From Candidatus Omnitrophota bacterium (GTDB lineage Bacteria > Omnitrophota > Gorgyraeia > JABMRN01 > RBG-13-46-9), in assembly GCA_013203315.1 (NCBI GenBank), contig JABMQJ010000027.1, positions 1-15,527 of the forward strand: DNA of 15,527 bases, read 5' to 3'. Under the pieces are notes generated by a model. It made no database searches, was not told the origin of the DNA, and worked only from the letters and a program-made list of their open reading frames with translations. Positions 7,164 through 15,527 of the stretch are shown here, one piece after another. Made by a program: the position numbers and the translations under genes. Numbering within the stretch: position 1 is the first letter of the stretch; every line of letters starts with the position of its first letter.

Positions 7164-8428
7164 AGAACGTGTTGAAAAAGATATATATATTAAGTTTTCT
7201 ACTGATATTATTAAGTGCGAAGCTCTCTTATTCCGAAGAAGGAATTGCTTGGGAGGAGTGCGTGCGCATAGCTATCGGAAATAACCCGGAATTGATAGCA
7301 GCTTCCGAAAGGGTTAAACAGGCAAAAAGCGAGATGGATATTGATTTAAGCTCAATACTTCCTCAGGTAGACAGTGAAGCAAGTAGTAAAAGAGGAAAAG
7401 CTTCGGGCAGAAGTACAGCAAATACTCATTCCTACGGTGTAACCGGTAAGCAATTAGTTTTTGACGGATTTAAGACATCCAGCGAAGTGTCCAGCGCGTA
7501 CAAAACCATTCAGGCCGAAGAGTATAATTACACCGTTAAATCTTCTGACATAAGGTTGAATTTGAGAATGGCTTTTGTGAGCCTTTTGAGAGCCGAAGAG
7601 CTTGTAAATATTGCAAAGGAAATCGCCCGTCGCAGGCATCAAAATCTTGAACTTATTAAATTACGATACGAAGGCGGAAGAGAACATAAAGGGGCGCTCT
7701 TAACTGCCGAAGCGGACATGGCGCAGGCAAAATTTGAAATTGCACAAGCCAAAAGAAGTATTTCATTAGCACAAAGAGAATTATTCAAAGAACTCGGCCT
7801 TACTAGAGTGAAGTCAGTAAAAGCACTAGGAGAATTTATCCTTAAGAGAGATTATAGCACTAAGCCGGATCTGGATTTCCTTGCGAACACTACCCCGTTT
7901 CTCCAGGAACTAATAGTAAAAAAAGAAGCTACGCGTTATGATTTTCAGTCTGAAGTAGCTGATTTTTTTCCGAAAGTTTACATGAACGCATCTTTAGGGA
8001 AAACAGGCAATAGTTTTTTACCGCGAAACGAGGAATGGTCTGCCGGTGCGTCGATATCGTTACCGCTATTTGAAGGCGGAAGCCGCATAGCGGAAGTCTC
8101 TAAGGCCAAATCCCAACTTAATGAAGCAGAAGCTGATGAACGAAGCGGAAGAGACAGTGTGTTAGTTACGCTAGAGAGGGCATGGAAAGATCTTCAAGAT
8201 GCGACAACGAATGTTTCCGTGCAGAAAAAATTTCTTAAGGCTAATGAAGAACGCGCAAAAATAACCAGAGTCCAGTATTCAACCGGGCTGGCTTCATTTA
8301 ACGATTGGATAATTATAGAAGATAATCTTGTCAAATCTCAAAAAGCATATTTAAACACAGAGAGCGATATGTTAATTGCTGAAGCCTACTGGATTCAGGC
8401 AATAGGAGGAACCTTAGAATATGATTAA
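7160..8428 (+). CDS. TolC-family outer membrane efflux protein
   Basis: Signal peptide followed by two OEP repeats (AIGNNPEL...LPQVD...QLVFDGF; FFPKVY...SLPLFEGG...QYSTGLASF). Directly upstream of the adaptor and ABC genes. Confidence 0.92.
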   Translation: MKNVLKKIYILSFLLILLSAKLSYSEEGIAWEECVRIAIGNNPELIAASERVKQAKSEMDIDLSSILPQVDSEASSKRGKASGRSTANTHSYGVTGKQLVFDGFKTSSEVSSAYKTIQAEEYNYTVKSSDIRLNLRMAFVSLLRAEELVNIAKEIARRRHQNLELIKLRYEGGREHKGALLTAEADMAQAKFEIAQAKRSISLAQRELFKELGLTRVKSVKALGEFILKRDYSTKPDLDFLANTTPFLQELIVKKEATRYDFQSEVADFFPKVYMNASLGKTGNSFLPRNEEWSAGASISLPLFEGGSRIAEVSKAKSQLNEAEADERSGRDSVLVTLERAWKDLQDATTNVSVQKKFLKANEERAKITRVQYSTGLASFNDWIIIEDNLVKSQKAYLNTESDMLIAEAYWIQAIGGTLEYD

Positions 8429-9374
8429 GAATAGAATAAAAACAATAGCAATTGTAGCGTTTCTAATAATTGTTACTGTATTGTTTATCCGATGGAAGCG
8501 CGGAGACCCCGAAAGCAATATTAAAACAGGGATAATAAAACCCATTATCGGAGATGTCGCCATAATGGTTACCACTACAGGGGTAGTTGAGCCCCAAAAC
8601 AGACTTGAGATAAAACCCTCTATAGGGGGAAGGATTGATGAAATCATAGTCAAGGAAGGGGATCATGTTAAAGAGGGCAAGATTATGGCATGGATGAGCT
8701 CAACAGAAAGAGCTGCGCTCATAGATGCCGCGCGTCCACAAGGGGATGAGGTTTTACGTTACTGGGAAGACGCTTACAAAAAGACGCCCATTATTTCGCC
8801 GATCGATGGAGAGGTGATAGTTCGGGCTGTCGAACCCGGACAGACCGTTACGACAGCAGATGCCGTTTTGGTCTTATCAAACCGGCTGGTGGTAAGCGCC
8901 CAGTTTGATGAAACGGATGTTGGCAGAGTTAAAATAGGGCAGGAAGCATTTATAACACTCGACGCATACCCCGATCTTAAGATAGAGGGCACCGTTGACC
9001 ATATAGCGTATGAATCGGAAATCGTTAACAACGTTACCATATATAACGTGGACATACTCCCGAAAAATATGCCTGAAATTTTTCGTTCGGGTATGAGTGT
9101 TACCGTTGAAATCATAGAAAAAAAGAGAACCGGTGTCATAACGATACCTTCAATTGCGATTCATTATGATAAAGAGAGGCGATTTGTATTAGTGAAAGAC
9201 AAGCGCGGAAAGACTATCGAACGGGATATTGCTGTAGGATTAAATGACGATAAGGACGCTGAAATAATCTCAGGCCTGACAATAGAGGATAGTGTTGTTA
9301 TTCAAGATGCTAAGTATCTGCCAAAGAGAAAAAGTTCGGGAACAAACCCGTTTATGCCTTCCAGAAAAAGATGA
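8421..9374 (+). CDS. Periplasmic adaptor (membrane fusion) subunit, MacA-like
   Basis: N-terminal TM anchor, lipoyl half-motifs IGGRIDEIIVKEGDHVKEG and ISPIDGEVI...VEPGQTV, and beta-barrel motifs DETDVGRVKIGQ and FRSGMSV, then IPSIAI. Overlaps tolC by 8 nt. Confidence 0.92.
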   Translation: MIKNRIKTIAIVAFLIIVTVLFIRWKRGDPESNIKTGIIKPIIGDVAIMVTTTGVVEPQNRLEIKPSIGGRIDEIIVKEGDHVKEGKIMAWMSSTERAALIDAARPQGDEVLRYWEDAYKKTPIISPIDGEVIVRAVEPGQTVTTADAVLVLSNRLVVSAQFDETDVGRVKIGQEAFITLDAYPDLKIEGTVDHIAYESEIVNNVTIYNVDILPKNMPEIFRSGMSVTVEIIEKKRTGVITIPSIAIHYDKERRFVLVKDKRGKTIERDIAVGLNDDKDAEIISGLTIEDSVVIQDAKYLPKRKSSGTNPFMPSRKR

Positions 9375-11329
9375 TAGAACTAAAGAACATATATAAGACT
9401 TACGGCAAGGGCGATATCGCTATCGGTGCCTTAAAGAACGTTTCCCTTAATATTGCTCAGGGCGAATTTGTAGCGATAATGGGAGCATCCGGCTCCGGCA
9501 AGTCTACGCTTCTGCACGTATTGGGATTTTTAGACAGGCCCGACAAAGGTTCGTACAAGATCTCCGGGACCGACATTTCAACATTGCCGGATGATCAGCT
9601 GGCGCATTTAAGGAGTAAATTAGTCGGTTTTGTGTTTCAACAATTCCATCTGTTGCGCAGGACGAAGGCGCTGGAAAATGTGGAATTACCTCTTATATAT
9701 TCCGGAAGGAAAAATATCGCTAAAAGTGCCGCTAAACATTTGAATTCTGTAGGATTGACAGGGCGCGCGACACACATACCCAGTGAATTGTCGGGAGGGG
9801 AACAGCAGAGGGTAGCAATAGCCCGTGCCTTAGTCAATGACCCGATGATCATACTCGCTGATGAACCTACCGGTAATCTAGATACCAAGAGCGAAGAAGA
9901 GGTTATGAAAATTATTAGAGAGTTAAATAACCAGGGTAAGACCATAATAATGGTTACCCACGAAAGAGAGATCGCCGAGCATGCAAAGAGGATCATAACC
10001 ATGCGGGACGGCGAGATTGTTTCGGACGAGCGCAAAGATGGTAAAAATATTTCAAATAAAGGTAGCATATCGATTCAAGAGATCCTTTTCGAGACCCATT
10101 CGCATTTTGGCAAGGTCGAATTAGCGGAGCATATTCGTCAGTCGTTCCGCGCTATTTTATCGAACAAGGTAAGATCCTTGCTTTCGATGCTCGGAATCCT
10201 CTTTGGCGTTGCCGCGGTTATAGCGATGCTTGCGCTTGGCCAGGGGGCCAAGGAGTCCATGGAGGAGAGAATTAAGACCATGGGCTCTAATCTTCTATCA
10301 ATACAAATTGGCTCTACGAGAGTAAGGGGTGTGTCAGGAGCGTCAGGTTCCGTGGCGCGGCTTACCGCAAGAGATGCGGAGGCCATTGGGGAATTAAGGC
10401 CTTTGGTGAAAAGGGTCAGCGGCACCGCGAGCGGAAGCGGACAGGTCGTCTACAAGAATGAAAACTGGAACACAAGGATAGAAGGCGTCGATTTCGATTA
10501 CGGCGAAATGCGCGCTACGATACCGGAAATCGGCAGGTGGTTTACTAAAGTAGAGATTTCGCGCCGTGATAAAGTGGCAATATTGGGAACAACTATCGTC
10601 GATAAAATTTTTGGTAACAAAAATCCAATAGGCGAAATGATAAAGATAAACCGTGTTAATTTTAAGGTAATAGGCATTGCCCCGGAAAAAAGTTCGGGTG
10701 GATGGCGGGATCAAAATGAAATTGTTTATATCCCGGTCACAACAGCTATGTATAGGACCTTGGGTAAAGATTATTTTGATCGTATATATGTCGAGGCGAT
10801 CGATGTGGAATCTATGGCGGAGGCGCTGAAAAGGATCAAACAGCTGATATTGAAACGTCATCGTGTATATAAGAACGAGGAAGAGTATTTTCATATACAC
10901 GATATGAACGAGATGCAGGAGATGTTGACAAGCACGACACGCACAATGAGTATTCTTCTAGGCTGCATAGCCGGAATATCCCTTTTAGTGGGCGGTATAG
11001 GGATTATGAATATCATGCTTGTTTCGGTCACAGAACGTACGCGAGAAATAGGTTTGCGCAAGGCAGTTGGGGCCCGGGCTAAAGATATCATGACTCAATT
11101 CCTTATCGAGTCGATAATCATGACTTTAAACGGCGGCCTGATGGGTGTGTTGCTTGGCATAATAGCGTCGGTGTCGATGGCATTTTTTGCAGGATGGGCT
11201 ACTAAGGTTACAATTTCAAACATCGTTCTCGCCGCGGCCTTTTCAATAGCCGTAGGCATGTTCTTCGGCCTCTGGCCGGCGAAAAAAGCATCCGAACTAA
11301 ATCCTATAGAGGCGCTAAGATATGAGTAA
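9371..11329 (+). CDS. macB: MacB-family ABC transporter, fused ATPase and permease
   Basis: Walker A GASGSGKST, signature LSGGEQQR, Walker B/D-loop ILADEPTGNLD and H-loop VTHE. TM1 is followed by a large periplasmic domain and an FtsX-like region with GGIGIMNIMLVSVTERTREIGLRKAVGA, ending in PIEALRYE. Confidence 0.95.
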   Translation: MIELKNIYKTYGKGDIAIGALKNVSLNIAQGEFVAIMGASGSGKSTLLHVLGFLDRPDKGSYKISGTDISTLPDDQLAHLRSKLVGFVFQQFHLLRRTKALENVELPLIYSGRKNIAKSAAKHLNSVGLTGRATHIPSELSGGEQQRVAIARALVNDPMIILADEPTGNLDTKSEEEVMKIIRELNNQGKTIIMVTHEREIAEHAKRIITMRDGEIVSDERKDGKNISNKGSISIQEILFETHSHFGKVELAEHIRQSFRAILSNKVRSLLSMLGILFGVAAVIAMLALGQGAKESMEERIKTMGSNLLSIQIGSTRVRGVSGASGSVARLTARDAEAIGELRPLVKRVSGTASGSGQVVYKNENWNTRIEGVDFDYGEMRATIPEIGRWFTKVEISRRDKVAILGTTIVDKIFGNKNPIGEMIKINRVNFKVIGIAPEKSSGGWRDQNEIVYIPVTTAMYRTLGKDYFDRIYVEAIDVESMAEALKRIKQLILKRHRVYKNEEEYFHIHDMNEMQEMLTSTTRTMSILLGCIAGISLLVGGIGIMNIMLVSVTERTREIGLRKAVGARAKDIMTQFLIESIIMTLNGGLMGVLLGIIASVSMAFFAGWATKVTISNIVLAAAFSIAVGMFFGLWPAKKASELNPIEALRYE

Positions 11330-12473
11330 GAAGATATTTCTTCGCACATTCGGCTGTCAGATGAACGATAGGGATTCGGAGTTTGTCATGGGGCTTTTGT
11401 TGGAAAAAGGCTACCTCAAAGCAGAATCCCCCGAAGAGGCGGATGTCGTTCTTTTCAATACCTGCTCGGTGAGGAAGCATGCCGAAGATAGGGCCATAAG
11501 TAATATGGGGGCGTTTTTGAAAAAGAAAAGGCGCCATTTAAAGATTTACGGAATTATAGGATGTAGCGCCCAGGCGCTGAAGAAAGGCTTGTTCGAGAGA
11601 CTGCCGGACCTCGATCTTATATGCGGGACAGGGGAAATTGCGAAGCTACCCGAACTTATTGTAAAAGCGTTTCAAGAAAAAATTATTGCCGTTGGAAACA
11701 TTAACAGGCCCTTGCCGGAGCTCAAATCCACATACAGGCAGGGTAAAAAAAGCACACATGTATCCATAATGCGAGGCTGCGATAATTTCTGCAGCTATTG
11801 CGTTGTTCCCTATGTGCGTGGTAGGGAACGTTCAAGAAAAGCAGAGGATATTACGAGCGAAATAAAAGATTTAGTCAGGCGCGGCATTAAAGATATTATG
11901 CTTTTAGGGCAAAACGTAAATTCTTATAAAGATAAAACATGCAATTTCGTAGAATTGTTAAAACTCGTTAACGACGTAAAGGGTATCGAAAAGATAACTT
12001 TTTTCACGAGCCATCCCAAGGATGCCACGGTCAAATTATTCGAGGCAATAAGGGATCTGGATAAGGTTCGTAAGCATCTGCACCTTCCGCTGCAGTCAGG
12101 CTCTAATAGAATTTTGAAATTAATGAATAGGGGCTACACTAGGGAAAAGTATTTAGACCTCGTTACTCGGGCAAAGCACATAATCCCGGGGCTTTTTCTC
12201 GGTACGGATATGATAGTCGGTTTTCCGTCGGAGAGTGACAAAGATTTTAACGATACGCTTGATCTAGTTAAAAAGGTGAGGTTTGATGGCGCCTATATTT
12301 TCAAGTACTCCCCGCGCGCCGGAACGGGTGCTGCCGGGATGAAAGACGAAGTGTCGGAAGATACGAAAAAAAGAAGGCACAGGACCTTGCTTGATCTGCA
12401 AAGAGAGATTTCAAAAAGGAAAAAACATGAAAAAGCTGACCGCTGTCACGCTAGCCATTCTCTTAGCCGCTAA
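11322..12473 (+). CDS. miaB: MiaB-like radical SAM tRNA methylthiotransferase with no C-terminal TRAM domain
   Basis: The MTTase N-terminal cysteines are in FGCQMN, NTCSVR and IGCSAQ, and the radical SAM motif is CDNFCSYC. Also LLGQNVNSY, TSHPKD, HLPLQSGS, IVGFPSE and FKYSPRAGT. miaA lies two genes downstream. Confidence 0.9.
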   Translation: MSKKIFLRTFGCQMNDRDSEFVMGLLLEKGYLKAESPEEADVVLFNTCSVRKHAEDRAISNMGAFLKKKRRHLKIYGIIGCSAQALKKGLFERLPDLDLICGTGEIAKLPELIVKAFQEKIIAVGNINRPLPELKSTYRQGKKSTHVSIMRGCDNFCSYCVVPYVRGRERSRKAEDITSEIKDLVRRGIKDIMLLGQNVNSYKDKTCNFVELLKLVNDVKGIEKITFFTSHPKDATVKLFEAIRDLDKVRKHLHLPLQSGSNRILKLMNRGYTREKYLDLVTRAKHIIPGLFLGTDMIVGFPSESDKDFNDTLDLVKKVRFDGAYIFKYSPRAGTGAAGMKDEVSEDTKKRRHRTLLDLQREISKRKKHEKADRCHASHSLSR

Positions 12474-13212
12474 TTCGCTAGCCCAGGCAAATAATCTTTC
12501 TGCGGTGAGCTTTATTAAAAAAATAAATGTTTTATTTCTAAAAGAAGATTACAGCGGTTTAATCAAAAACGCCGAAAGTAATCTATCGCGTTATAAACTT
12601 GATAGAAACGAAAAAAGTGAAGTTTTATATCTGACAGGATTATCTTATATAAAGTTGAGTAATTTCAGCAAGGCGAGAGACTCTTTCAACAATATTTTAA
12701 AGACCAGGGGCAATGCCCTAAAACAAGACGCACATATAGGTATCGCCGATTCGTATTTTTATGGAAAAAATTTTACCAAAGCAATCAAGGCATACAAAGA
12801 CGTATTGAATAAATATCCACAGAGTGACAGGCTAAGCGGAGTATATTATAACCTCGGTCTTTCGTATAAAGCAAAAAAAGATTTCGACAAAGCAAATTAC
12901 TATTTCAAACAAGTTAAGAGCCGATATGGGAAAAGCTTTGAAGCCGAAAAGGTAGTGTATTTACAGGCCGCGAAAAACGGCGTGCGCCATTACATCGTTC
13001 AGCTTGTAGCGCTTAAGAGCCTGAAAAAAGCGAAAAAACTGGTCCGTCGGCTGGCGAGAAAAAAGTACGATTCTTATATCCAGAAAATTAAAAAGGGCAG
13101 AGTTACTTTATATCGCGTTCGTGCGGGTAAATTCTCTAACAAGTATTATGCGACACGGCTTCAAAGAAAATTAAGAAGAGACGGATTTTCCGCGAAGATT
13201 ATCGTTGAATAG
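12427..13212 (+). CDS. Secreted TPR-repeat protein with a C-terminal SPOR (peptidoglycan-binding) domain
   Basis: ATG 12427 gives the signal peptide MKKLTAVTLAILLAANSLAQA. Three TPR-like units follow (VLYLTGLSY; AHIGIADSYF...AIKAYKDVLNKYP; VYYNLGLSY), resembling CpoB/BamD-type TPRs. The SPOR pattern YIVQL...A...L...YRVRAGKF...A starts at 12991. Confidence 0.85.
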   Translation: MKKLTAVTLAILLAANSLAQANNLSAVSFIKKINVLFLKEDYSGLIKNAESNLSRYKLDRNEKSEVLYLTGLSYIKLSNFSKARDSFNNILKTRGNALKQDAHIGIADSYFYGKNFTKAIKAYKDVLNKYPQSDRLSGVYYNLGLSYKAKKDFDKANYYFKQVKSRYGKSFEAEKVVYLQAAKNGVRHYIVQLVALKSLKKAKKLVRRLARKKYDSYIQKIKKGRVTLYRVRAGKFSNKYYATRLQRKLRRDGFSAKIIVE

Positions 13213-13228
13213 GAAGAAATAAGAAGAA

Positions 13229-14158
13229 TTGAAAGAAAAAGTAATATTTATTGTCGGCCCCACCGCAGTCGGTAAAACTAGCCTTGCTATAAAACTTGCA
13301 AAAAAAATAAAAGGTGAGATAATTTCCGCAGATTCCATGCAAGTCTACAAGGGCATGGATATATTAAGCCAGAAACCCACGAAGCGTGAAAGGTCCGCCG
13401 CACCGCACCACCTAATAAGCTTTTTAAAAGCCTCGGATGAATATAGCGCCGCTATTTTCGCTAAAATGGCCGAAAAGAAAATCGAGGGCATAATCAAGAA
13501 AGGTAAAATACCCATCGTCGTAGGGGGCAGTGGCCTTTATATAAAAACGCTTATTGACGGAATTTTTCCTTCCAAGGGCAAGGATGAAAAGATAAGGCAA
13601 AACTTAAGGCAAATCGCCGATCGCAACGGCTCTATTTTTTTACACAATAAGCTTAAAAGGGTAGACCCTCTGGCGGCGCAAGGAATACACCCCAATGACT
13701 TAAAGAGAGTAATACGCGCGCTGGAAATATATGAGCTTGAAAAAAAGACTAAGACAAGTTTAAAGCCGAAAACCACAGGGCTTAAGGACATATATGACGT
13801 CCGCATTTTTGGTTTAAACATGAATAGGGGAAAATTATACGAAAGAATTAATAAGCGCGTAGACTTAATGTTTAAAAAAGGGATAGTTAATGAGGTTAAG
13901 AAGCTTTTACGTAAAACCTTGAGCGTAACCTCAAAACAGGCCCTTGGCATCAAGGAAATAGAGGGGTATTTCAACAAAGCCTACGATGAAACCGAAGCAA
14001 AAGACGCTTTAAAGAAAAATACGCGCAGATTCGCAAAACGCCAGCTTACATGGTTCCGCGCCGATAAACGAATTGTGTGGTTGGATATCGATAAAACAAG
14101 AGAAGCGCCCGCAACGCGCATTATACATGGGGACGTATGGAAAGAGCATTGCTTGTAA
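13229..14158 (+). CDS. miaA: tRNA (adenosine(37)-N6)-dimethylallyltransferase
   Basis: GPTAVGKT, ISADSMQVYKGMDI, PHHLI, VGGSGLY, IHPND..RVIRALE and TRRFAKRQLTWF. TTG start. Confidence 0.97.
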   Translation: MKEKVIFIVGPTAVGKTSLAIKLAKKIKGEIISADSMQVYKGMDILSQKPTKRERSAAPHHLISFLKASDEYSAAIFAKMAEKKIEGIIKKGKIPIVVGGSGLYIKTLIDGIFPSKGKDEKIRQNLRQIADRNGSIFLHNKLKRVDPLAAQGIHPNDLKRVIRALEIYELEKKTKTSLKPKTTGLKDIYDVRIFGLNMNRGKLYERINKRVDLMFKKGIVNEVKKLLRKTLSVTSKQALGIKEIEGYFNKAYDETEAKDALKKNTRRFAKRQLTWFRADKRIVWLDIDKTREAPATRIIHGDVWKEHCL

Positions 14159-15378
14159 CGCTAAAGCTGAAGAAGGGCAAAGAGTCGTGGAGCCCGGAGG
14201 AGAAGGCTCGTGAGCTCGCGGAACTTGCCGCTTCAAGCACGGCGGAAGTCGTGGCAGAGATGATTGTAGCTCGCGACAGGCCGTCAACCAGGCTTTTTAT
14301 AGGTAAGGGTAAGGCAGAGGAGATAGCCTCGCTCTGCATGGAGAAAAACATCAGCGTCGTTATGTTCAATAACGACTTAACGGGCTCGCAGCAAAAGAAT
14401 TTAGAAGAAATCATAAACGTAAAAACCATAGATCGCACGCAGTTAATCTTGGATATTTTCGCGCGCCGCGCCAAATCTAACGAAGGCAAGATTCAAGTGG
14501 AATTAGCGCAGCTTCTCTATCTTATGCCGCGGCTTGGGGAAGAAGAGGGGATCGCGCTCTCAAGACTCGGAGGCGGGATAGGGACAAGGGGCCCCGGCGA
14601 ACAAAAGCTGGAGGTTGACCGAAGAAGAATAAACGATAGAATTGCCAAATTAAAAAAGGATCTGAAAGCCTTGAGCCTGCAGAGGGCGACGCGCAGGAAG
14701 CAAAGAACAAAATTTTCAATTTTAACCATTGCCATCATAGGATATACGAATTCGGGAAAATCCACCTTTTTAAACGCGCTTACCGAGTCGAATGTTTATG
14801 TGCAAAATAAACTCTTCAGTACCCTCGACCCTACCATAAGAAGCTTTCTCTTACCGAACAATCAAAAGGCGCTTTTTATTGACACGGTCGGATTTTTAAA
14901 CGAGCTTCCTCACCATCTTATAGAATCGTTCAAGGGCACCCTGGAAGAAGTAGTAAATGCGGATGTCCTATTACACCTCGTTGACATAAGCCATCCAAAG
15001 GCAAAGGAAATGGAAGACGCGGTTTTTACCGTTCTCAAAGAACTTAACGTTACCGATAAGCCCATGATTACGGCCTTAAATAAAATAGACAAACTCACCG
15101 AGAACGAAATAAAAAGATTCGAAAGAACATTCGATAACGCAGTACCCATATCGGCCTTAAAGAAAGAAAACTTTCAGGCCCTTATCGATAGGATTATTAT
15201 ATACCTTAATAATACGGTCAAAACCTACCAAATCATACTACCCCAAAGCAAAGCTTCCCTCATAAGCGCGATATACAAAACCGGACATGTCACAAAACGC
15301 GAGTACCAGGGCGACCAGGTCCACATCGAAGCCCAACTCCCGGTCAGTTTCTACGAAAAAATCAAAAAAGAATTATAA
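14137..15378 (+). CDS. hflX: Ribosome-splitting GTPase HflX
   Basis: IGKGKAEE, DRTQLILDIFARRA, GGGIGTRGPGEQKLEVDRR, and G-motifs G1 GYTNSGKST, G2 FSTLD, G3 DTVGF, G4 NKID and G5 ISA. Overlaps miaA by 22 nt. Confidence 0.97.
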   Translation: MERALLVTLKLKKGKESWSPEEKARELAELAASSTAEVVAEMIVARDRPSTRLFIGKGKAEEIASLCMEKNISVVMFNNDLTGSQQKNLEEIINVKTIDRTQLILDIFARRAKSNEGKIQVELAQLLYLMPRLGEEEGIALSRLGGGIGTRGPGEQKLEVDRRRINDRIAKLKKDLKALSLQRATRRKQRTKFSILTIAIIGYTNSGKSTFLNALTESNVYVQNKLFSTLDPTIRSFLLPNNQKALFIDTVGFLNELPHHLIESFKGTLEEVVNADVLLHLVDISHPKAKEMEDAVFTVLKELNVTDKPMITALNKIDKLTENEIKRFERTFDNAVPISALKKENFQALIDRIIIYLNNTVKTYQIILPQSKASLISAIYKTGHVTKREYQGDQVHIEAQLPVSFYEKIKKEL

Positions 15379-15527
15379 TAAGTAAGCGATGCAATTCCTT
15401 TCCCCACGAAAATTTTTGCTTCGTATTAAGAATGGTAACCGGGAGACAGGGTAGTCCTGGCGCAGCGCCTCATAAAATGTGCCATAGTCAAAAGTACCTC
15501 ATCCCATCGTTCCGATGGTATTCGGCA

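Noticed and set aside
12391-12426. Upstream start (MICKERFQKGKN) for the TPR-SPOR gene
   Set aside because: ATG 12427 yields a canonical signal peptide and a smaller overlap with miaB.
15500-15527. 5' end of a tRNA (CCCATCGT...ATGGTA resembles some tRNA-Gln/Glu 5' halves)
   Set aside because: The D-arm pairing does not fit, the segment folds better as a self-contained hairpin, and it is truncated, so it cannot be supported.

Overview
This is a gene-dense, AT-rich bacterial chromosomal window. TolC and a secreted SPOR protein point to a diderm host with peptidoglycan. All 15 credible CDSs lie on the + strand and most junctions overlap. (1) 1-2935 holds four uncharacterised genes: the C-terminal part of a long repetitive coiled-coil protein with 18-residue periodicity, a second coiled-coil protein, a single-TM protein, and a single-TM protein with a duplicated Pro-rich linker and a FlgT-C-like beta domain. 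(2) 3020-7163 holds an Acr3 arsenite exporter with no arsR/arsC nearby, a TrmH/RlmB SPOUT methyltransferase, an HD-family protein whose HD dyad reads ND, a DEAD-box helicase and a small beta-carbonic-anhydrase-like protein. (3) 7160-11329 is a TolC/MacA/MacB tripartite system whose adaptor has an unusually short alpha-hairpin. (4) 11322-15378 holds a MiaB-like methylthiotransferase lacking its TRAM domain, a TPR-SPOR protein, miaA and hflX, with no hfq between the last two. The final ~150 bp are unexplained and rich in hairpins. I saw no mobile element, CRISPR array, rRNA or complete tRNA. The best candidate for an undescribed system is the coiled-coil/membrane cluster at 1-2935, but that is an inference, and all family assignments rest on motif recognition without database searches.
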